A stretch of DNA of 64,000 bases from NCBI GenBank assembly GCA_965205015.1, contig OZ242029.1, forward strand, positions 2,848,001 through 2,912,000, read 5' to 3'. Positions within the stretch are counted from its first letter, which is position 1. Each line of letters begins with the position of its first letter. Positions 39,611 to 48,519 of this stretch are shown here, piece by piece. The notes below the pieces were generated by a model. That model was not told the origin of the DNA. It saw nothing but the letters and a program-made list of their open reading frames with translations, and did not search any database. Source of the DNA: Candidatus Poribacteria bacterium. Its GTDB lineage: Bacteria > Poribacteria > WGA-4E > WGA-3G. The position numbers were made by a program, and so were the translations under genes.

Positions 39611-40831
39611 ATGTTTGACAGTTTAACTGAACTCATTGAGAAGATATATCTCGGCGAGGATGCAACGATTGAATTTAAAAGGGAGTTGCCCCACAGAAAT
39701 AGCCTTGCCGACGAGATCGCCGCTTTTGCCAACGCTAAAGGCGGTGTGATCCTCATCGGAATTGGTGACAATAGTGAGATCGTTGGAATAGACCGGCAGG
39801 CACTCAATGAAGCGGAAAAAACGGTCGTCGAAATATGCCAAGACAGCATTGATCCAATAGTTCTCATCTTTACAGAAAAACTGCGGATTACTGACAAAAA
39901 TCTGTTAAAAATAGAGGTGCCGAGGAGTCTGTTTGTCCACAAAACCTCTAACGGCTACTTCATTCGTCAAGGAAGTAGCAAAAGGGAAATGCCCACCGAG
40001 CAGTTAGCGCGCTTATTCCAAACCCATTCGCAGGCACGTGTTGTCGCTTTCGATGAACAGTTCGTGCCGAATACGCATAAAGACACGTTAAGAAAAGACC
40101 TCTATCAACGATTTATCACAGAAGGTGCGGTTGAGGAGGACGAGATAGAAGACCTCCTGCTTAAAAGGCGTTTACTGGTCAAGGAAGGCGAGCAGAACCG
40201 CGCCTCTGTAGCCGGAGTCTTGATGTGTCATGAGAGACCGGACGATTACCTCTATAATAGTTTTATTCAGGCTGTTTATTACAACAGTAAGGAAAAAGAT
40301 GCGAACTACCAACTTGATGCCAAGGATTTCAAAGGACCACTCGATCAACAAATCATGCAAACCATGAAATTTGTTGAAAGATACAACGCAGTAGCGGCAC
40401 GGAAGGATATCGGCAGAATAGACCTTCCAGAATATAGCATGCGAGCCGTTTTTGAGGCAGTGGTTAACGCTGTTGTGCATAGAGATTATTCGAAAACAGG
40501 TTCCAAAATTCGCCTGTTTATGTTCGCCGATCGATTGGAACTTTATTCGCCAGGGGCATTGGCAAATACAGTGACGGTAGACAATTTACGCTACAGCCAA
40601 TCTACACGGAATGAACTCCTCGCTCGGTTACTCTCGGAAATTACGCTCGACGATGACATAGGCAAACAAGTCGTACGCCGACATTTTTTAGAACGCCGCG
40701 GGGAAGGGGTCGGCATCATCTTGAACGAAAGCGAAACTCTCAGTGGAAAAATACCTATATACGAACTGTTTGACGAGGAATTGCGTTTGACAATTTTCGC
40801 CGCAAAACCGCCACCAGTAACGGAGGGATAG
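39611..40831 (+). CDS. AlbA_2 (Schlafen-like) domain + HATPase_c_4/RecG-C domain protein
   Basis: GEDATIEFK, IAAFANAKGGVILIG, EAVVNAVVHRDY, YSPG, RN, ERRGEG. Confidence 0.85.
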   Translation: MFDSLTELIEKIYLGEDATIEFKRELPHRNSLADEIAAFANAKGGVILIGIGDNSEIVGIDRQALNEAEKTVVEICQDSIDPIVLIFTEKLRITDKNLLKIEVPRSLFVHKTSNGYFIRQGSSKREMPTEQLARLFQTHSQARVVAFDEQFVPNTHKDTLRKDLYQRFITEGAVEEDEIEDLLLKRRLLVKEGEQNRASVAGVLMCHERPDDYLYNSFIQAVYYNSKEKDANYQLDAKDFKGPLDQQIMQTMKFVERYNAVAARKDIGRIDLPEYSMRAVFEAVVNAVVHRDYSKTGSKIRLFMFADRLELYSPGALANTVTVDNLRYSQSTRNELLARLLSEITLDDDIGKQVVRRHFLERRGEGVGIILNESETLSGKIPIYELFDEELRLTIFAAKPPPVTEG

Positions 40832-40840
40832 TAAAAGATA

Positions 40841-41983
40841 ATGCCTATAGGTCTGTTCAAAATCACAGCCGTTGAAAGTCAACTCTACGAATGGGACAAG
40901 CCACCGATTTGGAACGGTATGCACGTCTATGATAAAGGCAGACTCCATCTGGTTAAAGTTACCGCCCAAAATGGTAATGACACATTCGTTGGATACGGCT
41001 TCAATGGCGGAACCGCCGCGACGCGTCCTCTCCACCTGTTTCCAATGTTTGTAGATCTGTTCCGTCCCACCCTGATTGGGCGAGATGTAACGGATACCGC
41101 TTACGTCTCTCGGTTAGCCGAGAACTACAAAATCTACGGACCCGGTGGCTATCATACGCAGGTTTTGGCGGCGATAAACCAAGCGTGTTGGGATATCCGC
41201 GGGAAGATAGAAGAAAAATCCGTTCACGCGCTGCTTGGCGGCACGCAAGAACGGATCCGTACATACATTGCTGGTGGCTATTACGGTAGAGGTAAGGGAT
41301 TTGATGAACTTCGTGAGGAGATGACCCGCAACATAAACGAATTCAATGCCACCGCAGTCAAGATGAAGATTGGAGATCCAGCCGCTGGACTTGAGACGGA
41401 CATCAAACGGATTGAGGCAGTCCGCGAGACCGTCGGGCCCGATACAACCCTAATGGTGGACGCGAATTGTGCATGGTCGGTTGAGAAGGCATGTGAATGT
41501 CTTCCGGCGCTTCAAGCAAACGACATTTTCTGGTTTGAAGAACCAATCCACAGCCATGACTACAGGGGACATAAGGCACTTCGCGAGATCGCACAAGATT
41601 ATGGGATACAAATTGCCACCGGCGAAAATGGATACGGGTTACACCATTTCCAAACGCTCATTGATTATGAAGGCGCGGACGTTTTCAATCTGGATGTCGC
41701 TATCCTTCCCGGCTATGAACCAGCGGTGCAGGTAGTAGAGGCGGCATTAACAACTGAAAAGTTAATTGCCCCCCACGGGGCACAAGAATTGCAAATCCAT
41801 ATCGCTGCGAGCCGGGATAACGGCTTAATGTTAGAGTATTACCCACCTGCTGTCGATCCATTACGAGGTGAAATGTTTCTCCCAACGATGGTGTTAGAAC
41901 CCGATGGACATGTCACCGTTCCAACTCGACCCGGTATCGGTTTTGTTCCGAACTGGGAACTGCTCAAGCCTCACCGTCTGTAA
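40841..41983 (+). CDS. Mandelate racemase/muconate lactonizing enzyme family (enolase superfamily)
   Basis: KMKIG, MVDAN, WFEEP, ATGEN, APHG, PGIG motifs. Confidence 0.9.
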   Translation: MPIGLFKITAVESQLYEWDKPPIWNGMHVYDKGRLHLVKVTAQNGNDTFVGYGFNGGTAATRPLHLFPMFVDLFRPTLIGRDVTDTAYVSRLAENYKIYGPGGYHTQVLAAINQACWDIRGKIEEKSVHALLGGTQERIRTYIAGGYYGRGKGFDELREEMTRNINEFNATAVKMKIGDPAAGLETDIKRIEAVRETVGPDTTLMVDANCAWSVEKACECLPALQANDIFWFEEPIHSHDYRGHKALREIAQDYGIQIATGENGYGLHHFQTLIDYEGADVFNLDVAILPGYEPAVQVVEAALTTEKLIAPHGAQELQIHIAASRDNGLMLEYYPPAVDPLRGEMFLPTMVLEPDGHVTVPTRPGIGFVPNWELLKPHRL

Positions 41984-42092
41984 CCGTATTCCCAATCCTT
42001 TCGTTACCTAATAATATTATGAAACCTATGTGATTCCACACAAGGTACCTACGACTGTTAACGGAATGCATTCCCGAAAGGAGGTCCATATA

Positions 42093-42623
42093 ATGGACAG
42101 GACAGCTACAGACTATCAGAAAGACCTTCTCTGGCAGACAACACTTGAAACCTTTTACCGTGTCGCTTACACCGAAAGCCTCATGACTTCAGCACTTCAA
42201 ATGTGGAGACCCGTAGATGGTGCGGTCAAAAGCACCGTGACGATCGCCACGATCGCATCAGTCATGGTCGGATGGATGGCATGGGGTACACCCGCTGGAA
42301 AAGTAGCGTGGCTCCTTATCGCAGGGGGCGCTGCATTTTTAGCCCTTCTACATGTTATCCTTAAGATTTCAGACCGCGTTGCAGATTTGAGTCACAATGA
42401 GCAGTATTTCAAGAGTTTACGCCTCAATCTGGAGCGGTTTGTTTACGAAATGGAAGCCAATCCCGACTTCCCGTTAGAGCAATTCAAAATCACATTTGAA
42501 CAGTACCGAGAATGGTTATTGGTGGGTTCGCAAATGCTCAAGGACGATTTTCTTTTAACGCGTAAACACCGCCAGAAAGTTCAAGAGAAGTTGAACCAAC
42601 AGATGGGAGATATGATTGTATGA
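42093..42623 (+). CDS. Two-TM protein, SLATT-like
   Basis: AAGGAGG SD; N-terminal helix, two TM helices, then a helical cytoplasmic tail. Confidence 0.55.
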   Translation: MDRTATDYQKDLLWQTTLETFYRVAYTESLMTSALQMWRPVDGAVKSTVTIATIASVMVGWMAWGTPAGKVAWLLIAGGAAFLALLHVILKISDRVADLSHNEQYFKSLRLNLERFVYEMEANPDFPLEQFKITFEQYREWLLVGSQMLKDDFLLTRKHRQKVQEKLNQQMGDMIV

Positions 42624-42877
42624 AAGAGCAACTTATTGAAGACAGAGAGGATGTCTTTGGGCATTCAATAGGTCAACGCCCGATACATACGACTTACGAG
42701 CCACCGGGACCGCTGCCCCAGTTTCGGGCTCGGCCGAAAGTCGGTCCAGCATCACCCCAACCCCAACCCGTTCCGAGGCGACTGCTACACGTGGCATCGG
42801 CTGTGAAAGCAACCCAGAAGGCTTCACCAGAGATATCTGCTGAAAGAGAAATTACGCCGCCTCAGACAAGTAGTTGA
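42620..42877 (+). CDS. Proline-rich hypothetical protein (85 aa)
   Basis: ATGA overlap with the upstream gene; GGAG SD; low complexity. Confidence 0.45.
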   Translation: MKEQLIEDREDVFGHSIGQRPIHTTYEPPGPLPQFRARPKVGPASPQPQPVPRRLLHVASAVKATQKASPEISAEREITPPQTSS

Positions 42878-42938
42878 CTTAATTTTTGATTTCTGCTAAA
42901 ATCCTCTCATAATTTGAACATTGGGAGGTTAAGAAGTC

Positions 42939-43733
42939 ATGAGACAAGTTTACTGGGTTCTGCTTATTAGCGTATTTGTTGTAAGTTCTGTCTTTGCTGG
43001 AATCCCTAAGGATGCGGATCTACTCATGTGGATTGGTGAGGGCAGTGGAAACAAAGCCGTTGACGGCACCGGAAACGGAAACGATGGCACCTTTCACGGG
43101 AATGCCAAATGGGTCGGCGACGGCAAATATCAAGCCGGGATTTCCCTCAAAGGTGCAGAAACCTATATGGAAGTTCCCAACGTTATCGCTGAAGCAGGAA
43201 GTTTGCTATTCTGGTTCAAACCCGATTGGAACGGCAAGGATGGTGACGATTACCGGATTTTTGATGCCAGTTTCGGACCCATTTATTTCTTCATCTCCAA
43301 GGGGGCAAATCACGCTGACATCAACCCGGAAGACTTCGGGTTCTATTTTGAAGCCGCTGATGATGCCGATTGGCAAGATGTTGAATTTGATCCGGGGGGA
43401 ATCATAACAAAGGATAAATGGTTTCATGTCGCAGCAACATGGGATTTCGATGGTGGAAACCCATTCCTGTACATTGACGGTAAGGAAGCGGCAACCAGCG
43501 GTAAAAAAATTACTGGCGGTTTCCCAAAGTTGCATGAGAAACCAAGATTCGGATGGGAAACTATTCCCTATATCCCGCTGCAGAACGGCGCGGAGGGTGT
43601 CATTGATGAAATCTCTTTTTGGCAACGCGCACTCGAGGAAAAAGAGATTCAAGAAATGATGGATACCAGTCTGGATGTTGAAGCGGCGGGAAAACTCGCT
43701 GTTACATGGGGTGGACTGAAAGCAAGGCAATAA
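42939..43733 (+). CDS. Secreted LamG-domain protein with KLAVTWGGLK tail
   Basis: Signal peptide; DGTGNGNDG, WFHVAATWD, GVIDEI; ends DVEAAGKLAVTWGGLKARQ. Confidence 0.85.
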   Translation: MRQVYWVLLISVFVVSSVFAGIPKDADLLMWIGEGSGNKAVDGTGNGNDGTFHGNAKWVGDGKYQAGISLKGAETYMEVPNVIAEAGSLLFWFKPDWNGKDGDDYRIFDASFGPIYFFISKGANHADINPEDFGFYFEAADDADWQDVEFDPGGIITKDKWFHVAATWDFDGGNPFLYIDGKEAATSGKKITGGFPKLHEKPRFGWETIPYIPLQNGAEGVIDEISFWQRALEEKEIQEMMDTSLDVEAAGKLAVTWGGLKARQ

Positions 43734-43801
43734 TAGGGCAGCTGAATCAGCCCTACGCTTGAATATTAGTGTTCATATCTATGTCACAAAGCCCATTTAT
43801 C

Positions 43802-43840
43802 AAATAAGTCTGGCGAGAGTATCGCCAGACTTATTTATTT
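43802..43840. terminator. Bidirectional intrinsic terminator between convergent genes
   Basis: AAATAAGTCTGGCGA-GAGTA-TCGCCAGACTTATTT, perfect 15-bp stem with A/T flanks. Confidence 0.75.
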
Positions 43841-43884
43841 ATAGAGGCATTCAATCACCTTACGGAAAGGTGTATCAAATATCT

Positions 43885-43917
43885 AACCCACCTGACTGAA
43901 CCGCAAGGAAAATTAAA
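43885..43917 (+). repeat. Dispersed 24-bp repeat, copy 2
   Basis: AACCCACCTGACTGAACCGCAAGG followed by AAAATTAAA, abutting the dctM stop codon. Confidence 0.7.
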
Positions 43918-45199
43918 GAAGCGGCTGTGGCGTTTTTCCAAGGGCTCGCGGCAGCCAGAGGCTCAACTCTGGGACATACGTCACCAACACAAGTGCTATC
44001 AGCAACAACGCAATAAATAATAGCACAGAGCGGTAAAGCAACAGCACAGATCGATCGAACTTCATGCTTGAGATGAACAGGTTCATTCCCACCGGCGGTG
44101 TCAAATAACCGATTTCAAGGTTCGTTAAGACAATAATACCGAGATGCGCCTTGTCAATTCCAAATTCCTCAGCGATAGGCAGCAGCAACGGTACAACAAT
44201 AATCACCGCTGAAAAGATGTCCATCAGACATCCAACAATCAGTAGGAAAATATTCAACCCAATAAGTGTGATGATGCGGCTTTCCGTTGTTGACTGAATC
44301 CAGTCAAGGACAGTCATAGGCACATCAAGCGTGATCAGGTAGTTTGTCAATCCTAAAGCGACACCGAGAATAATAAGGATCGCGCCGACAAGCAACGTGC
44401 TTTCTTTGACAATACGCGGCAACACTCTCAACGAAATAGAACGGTGGATACCAATCTCTACGATACAGGCATAGAGGGCTGTTAGCGCCGCCGCTTCGTC
44501 CAGCGTAACGATACCCGATAAGATGCCGCCTAACACAATAAACGGCAGCAGTAGCTCCCACTTGGCTTCCCAGAGGGTTCGCAGGAAAACTCTCCAATCA
44601 AACGGAGTAGTCTCCGTCCGTTTGAACAGACTCCACCCGCAACTATAGAAGCTCAGTATGGCGAGAATCAAAATCCCGGGAAGAATACCCGCAAGGAACA
44701 TCCTGTCGATCCGGACTTGGGCGATAATCGCGTAAAGGATAAGTGGGACGCTCGGAGGAAACAATAACCCGATACTCCCCGAAGCCGTCACCAAGCCCAG
44801 TGAAAACCTTTCGTTATACGTCTGCTGCAGAATCGGATAGAGCAATCCGCCGAGCGCAATAATCGTGATACCCGATGCCCCTGTGAAAGTTGTAAAGAAC
44901 GCGCAGGTAAAGAGCACGACGACAGCAATACCGCCCGGTAACCAACCCACACTCGCGCGGGCAAACGCAACCAAGCGTTGGGGTGCCTTTCCTTCAGCGA
45001 CTATATATCCCGCAAAAGTGAAGAGCGGGATAATCAGAATCGTTGAATTCCGTGTGAGTCGATTGAAGTCTATCAGAATTGTTGAAATCGGTTCGCCTGC
45101 TGTCGCGTATCCGATAATCGAGGCACCACCAAGTAAGACGAACAGGGCACCGCCGAAAAGGGCGAACCCCACCAACCCAATGCCGATTATTAATCCCAT
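43913..45199 (-). CDS. dctM: TRAP transporter large permease DctM
   Basis: IPLFTFAG, GSIGLLFPPS, FLAGILPG, EIGYLTPPVGMNLF. Confidence 0.92.
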   Translation of the reverse strand: MGLIIGIGLVGFALFGGALFVLLGGASIIGYATAGEPISTILIDFNRLTRNSTILIIPLFTFAGYIVAEGKAPQRLVAFARASVGWLPGGIAVVVLFTCAFFTTFTGASGITIIALGGLLYPILQQTYNERFSLGLVTASGSIGLLFPPSVPLILYAIIAQVRIDRMFLAGILPGILILAILSFYSCGWSLFKRTETTPFDWRVFLRTLWEAKWELLLPFIVLGGILSGIVTLDEAAALTALYACIVEIGIHRSISLRVLPRIVKESTLLVGAILIILGVALGLTNYLITLDVPMTVLDWIQSTTESRIITLIGLNIFLLIVGCLMDIFSAVIIVVPLLLPIAEEFGIDKAHLGIIVLTNLEIGYLTPPVGMNLFISSMKFDRSVLLLYRSVLLFIALLLIALVLVTYVPELSLWLPRALGKTPQPLL

Positions 45200-45735
45200 G
45201 AATCCGATTCTCCTTTGACAGGACTGGGTGTATGTTCACCCCCCATTAAATGGATGCCAATTTGGAGGAATAGATGGATGCCGATGAGGACAAAACCGTA
45301 GGGGATAATAGCCTTCGCCCACCACAGCGGAACACTTCCAATTAATACAGCCTCGCTCAATTGTTCATCATTTAGAAAGATAAAGCCGTAATATGCCAGA
45401 ATCCCAACGACAACCAAAGCGAGGCAATCGATAATAAAATTGCTCCATTGCGTGATTTTTTGGGGTAATATCCGACTGAGGACATCAATGCTGATGTGCC
45501 TTCTTTCGCAAGTTGCCAGGGCAGCACCCAAGAGGCACAGCCAAAGGGTTAAGTGCTGAAGCATGATATCGCTCCACAAGAGACTCGCGCTGAACACGTA
45601 GCGCATGACGATTTTGAGAATCGCGAGTCCTAACATCATTGCGATAATAAGACACAGCAAACCCGTTTCAATTTTACCCAGAAGCGTGTTAATGTTCTGG
45701 AGCAAGGATTTTCCAGTTGGACTTTCTTTAAGCAT
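45190..45735 (-). CDS. dctQ: TRAP transporter small permease DctQ
   Basis: Four TM helices; LW...GA...RHISID motif. Confidence 0.88.
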   Translation of the reverse strand: MLKESPTGKSLLQNINTLLGKIETGLLCLIIAMMLGLAILKIVMRYVFSASLLWSDIMLQHLTLWLCLLGAALATCERRHISIDVLSRILPQKITQWSNFIIDCLALVVVGILAYYGFIFLNDEQLSEAVLIGSVPLWWAKAIIPYGFVLIGIHLFLQIGIHLMGGEHTPSPVKGESDSWD

Positions 45736-45741
45736 CTGCTT

Positions 45742-47001
45742 TTATTTCTCCGAGGCTAACACCTGAATCCCAGCGGCTGGCAGCACAGCAACCTTGGCTT
45801 GTGCGGGAAGTCTTTCTGCAAACAGAGCGATCAACTGCTCCAGATCTCGGAAAAGGAGCGCGCCCGGATGTTTCTTGTAAAAATCGTCTACCAAAAAGTG
45901 TTCTGACCAAACGTGCAGCTGATCTTGGGTTCCGAGTTGTGGGGCGGGCAGTTCAGCGTGTGTCCGTTCCTCTCTCTGTTGTAGGAAGCGGGCATAATCA
46001 ATCTGTTCAAACAACCCGTGGTAGCAGATGCCATCACTGGCTGGGTTAAGTGCCATACTGTACGCCTTCTCAAAATGGGAGAGTGCCCACATTGCTTTGC
46101 CCGTTTGAATTGGATCGCTATCAAGCGGGTAACAGTTAAGGACAACCAGATCGGTCTCTTTTCGACTCGTTTCTGGTATCTCTGTGCCGTAAGTGTCTAA
46201 AGCGAAGTAGGCTCCTTTGCGGTGCGCCTGCACAAAATCACCGACAAACAGCCCACAAATTTCGCGACGACTATTAAGTGCAACGTTAGCGATGACGTCA
46301 AGACCGAGAACCCCCGCTACGGCTTCCGAGAAATCGCGATGATCGGGTTCACTCCCTTTTCTTTCAATCACAGCGTGTCCACGTCCCGGCGAAAAGGTAT
46401 GGAAATAGAACATCGTCGCGAAACCGGCAACTCCCGGCACAACCAATTTCGCACCCCCACCAAAGCCAACGGAACCGTGTGGATAGATGCCCCCCAGACA
46501 CACTTTGAAATCCGCATCAGCAACAACGCGATTGAGATAGATCGGCATACCGTTATCAAGGTTTCCCAAGGCGCGTAGATCACCACTCATAAAGTCGTGG
46601 CTCGTCGCTTCATATTCAGCCGCAATATCCGCTCCGATCTTTTTCGCAACCTCTTCCTCGGTGAGTGGACGATGTGAACCGCCGCCGACAACAAATCGAA
46701 TCTCAGATTTCGGAACATCTGCCGCAGCTAACTCACGCAGGAGAAATGGAATAACGCTCGCAGCAGGTGTCGGACGGCTCAAGTCATCCACGACAATAGC
46801 GGCACTCTTCTTACCTTTTGCCAATTCCGAGATTCGGGGGGTACCGATCGGTTCAGCAAATGCCCGTTCAATTTGGGCGTCAGAAAGCGCCGGAGCATCT
46901 TTCGGACCCAATACCTCTACTTCCCAGCCGGTCGGAAAATTCAGTGTCAGTTCCTCGTCTCCGTACCAAGCACGGGAGTACACTGTAGCAGTGTTGTTCA
47001 T
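45742..47001 (-). CDS. LarA-family (lactate racemase domain) nickel-pincer enzyme, paralog B
   Basis: DDLSRPTP, GSHR, PHGSVGFGGGAK, FH, QTGKA; start ATG 47001 after a GGAGG SD. Confidence 0.82.
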   Translation of the reverse strand: MNNTATVYSRAWYGDEELTLNFPTGWEVEVLGPKDAPALSDAQIERAFAEPIGTPRISELAKGKKSAAIVVDDLSRPTPAASVIPFLLRELAAADVPKSEIRFVVGGGSHRPLTEEEVAKKIGADIAAEYEATSHDFMSGDLRALGNLDNGMPIYLNRVVADADFKVCLGGIYPHGSVGFGGGAKLVVPGVAGFATMFYFHTFSPGRGHAVIERKGSEPDHRDFSEAVAGVLGLDVIANVALNSRREICGLFVGDFVQAHRKGAYFALDTYGTEIPETSRKETDLVVLNCYPLDSDPIQTGKAMWALSHFEKAYSMALNPASDGICYHGLFEQIDYARFLQQREERTHAELPAPQLGTQDQLHVWSEHFLVDDFYKKHPGALLFRDLEQLIALFAERLPAQAKVAVLPAAGIQVLASEK

Positions 47002-47091
47002 AATTGCCCTCCATTTGTGGATCACAGAATGCGTGAAAGAGCAGATGTGTCCTGTCCAGTTGCGGGAACATCAGTGTTCTCGCAAGGGTGT

Positions 47092-47212
47092 TTATGGTAG
47101 ATCCTACAATTAAATGAACACCGAAGAGTTGGCGAGGTTACAAACCTCGCCAGCGGCGGCGCGGGGTTTTGTGTTTTAGAGAGTGTTCACTTATTTCTGG
47201 GTTTTACTATAA
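47092..47212. mobile_element. MITE-like element with imperfect 30-bp terminal inverted repeats and an internal GGCGAGG/CCTCGCC hairpin
   Basis: Left arm TTATGGTAGATCCTACAATTAAATGAACAC vs reverse complement of right arm TTATAGTAAAACCCAGAAATAAGTGAACAC (23/30); related copy at 63891. Confidence 0.65.
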
Positions 47213-47268
47213 TATCTCACACTCGATAGTTGAACGGATTACATGCCAAGTGCTTTACCGCCGAGAGT

Positions 47269-48519
47269 TTACGTCAGTACCTGTATTCCTCCTACAGGTA
47301 AAATAGCGACGCTGGCGTGTGCTGGAAGTTTCTCGGCGAACAGTTGGATCAGGTCTTCAAGGTTTCGGAAAAGGAGCGATGCCGGATACTCCTTATAGAA
47401 GTCATCCGCCAAAAAATGCTCAGACCAAACATGGAGTTGTCCACGCCGTCCGATCTGCTGCGTAGGGGCTTCAGGCGGTGTCTGTTCAGCCCGTTGTTGG
47501 AGATAGCGTGGGTAATCGATTCGGTCGAATAACCCGTGGTAGCAGCTGCTATCGCTTGCGGGATAGAGTGCTATCGTGTAAGCATTTTCAAAATAACTTA
47601 AAGCCGCCAATGCCTTATCCAGCTGAATCGCATCGGCGTCAAGCGGATAGCAATTAATCACCACCAGATCTGTCTCTTTTCGAGTTGTTTCTGGTATCAC
47701 TGTCCCATAGGTATCCATCGCGAAATGCGCCCCTTTACGATGCGCTTTGATAAAATCACCGACAAACAATCCGCAAATTTCACGACGGCTATTAAGCACA
47801 ACGTTGGCGATCATATCAAGACCGAGAACACCTGCTGCCAATTCGGCGGTGTCCCGACGGTCAGGTTCACTACTCTGTCCCTCAATCACCGCGGGTCCGC
47901 GCCCCGGTGGAAAAGTGTGGAAATAGTACATTGTGGTAAAACCTGAGATACCGGGGACAATGAGTTTCGCGCCGCCGCTAAAGCCAACGGAACTGTGAGG
48001 ATAGATGCCGCCCAGACAGATTTTAAAATCCGCGTCGGCGACGATACGGTTAAGATACACCGGCGTGCCGTTCTCAAGATTGCCAAACGCACGTAGGTCT
48101 CCACTCATAAAGTTATGATTGGTTACTTCGTATTCAGCAGCAATATCTGCGCCAACCTTTTTTACAATATCTTCATCGGTGAGAGGTCGATGGGCACCGA
48201 TGCCTGCAACAAACCGAATTTGTGATTTCGGGACCCCTGCTGATGCCAACTCACGTAAGAGAAATGGAATAACTTTCGCAGCGGGTGTTGGACGGCTCAG
48301 ATCATCTACAATAATAGCGGCACTTTTTTTTCCTCTCGCCAACTCTGAAATTCGGGGGGTGCCGATCGGTTCAGCGAAGGCACGTTCAAGTTGGGTATCA
48401 GAAAGCGCGGGTGCATCTTTCGGGTCCAATACCTCTACTTCCCAACTGGTCGGAAAATTCAACGTCAGGTCCTCGTCTCCGTACCAGGCGCCGGTGCGTA
48501 CTGTCGCAGTATTCTTCAT
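47269..48519 (-). CDS. LarA-family nickel-pincer enzyme, paralog A
   Basis: DDLSRPTP, GAHR, PHSSVGFSGGAK, FH, QLDKA; very similar to paralog B; overlaps the pyrG stop. Confidence 0.82.
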   Translation of the reverse strand: MKNTATVRTGAWYGDEDLTLNFPTSWEVEVLDPKDAPALSDTQLERAFAEPIGTPRISELARGKKSAAIIVDDLSRPTPAAKVIPFLLRELASAGVPKSQIRFVAGIGAHRPLTDEDIVKKVGADIAAEYEVTNHNFMSGDLRAFGNLENGTPVYLNRIVADADFKICLGGIYPHSSVGFSGGAKLIVPGISGFTTMYYFHTFPPGRGPAVIEGQSSEPDRRDTAELAAGVLGLDMIANVVLNSRREICGLFVGDFIKAHRKGAHFAMDTYGTVIPETTRKETDLVVINCYPLDADAIQLDKALAALSYFENAYTIALYPASDSSCYHGLFDRIDYPRYLQQRAEQTPPEAPTQQIGRRGQLHVWSEHFLADDFYKEYPASLLFRNLEDLIQLFAEKLPAHASVAILPVGGIQVLT

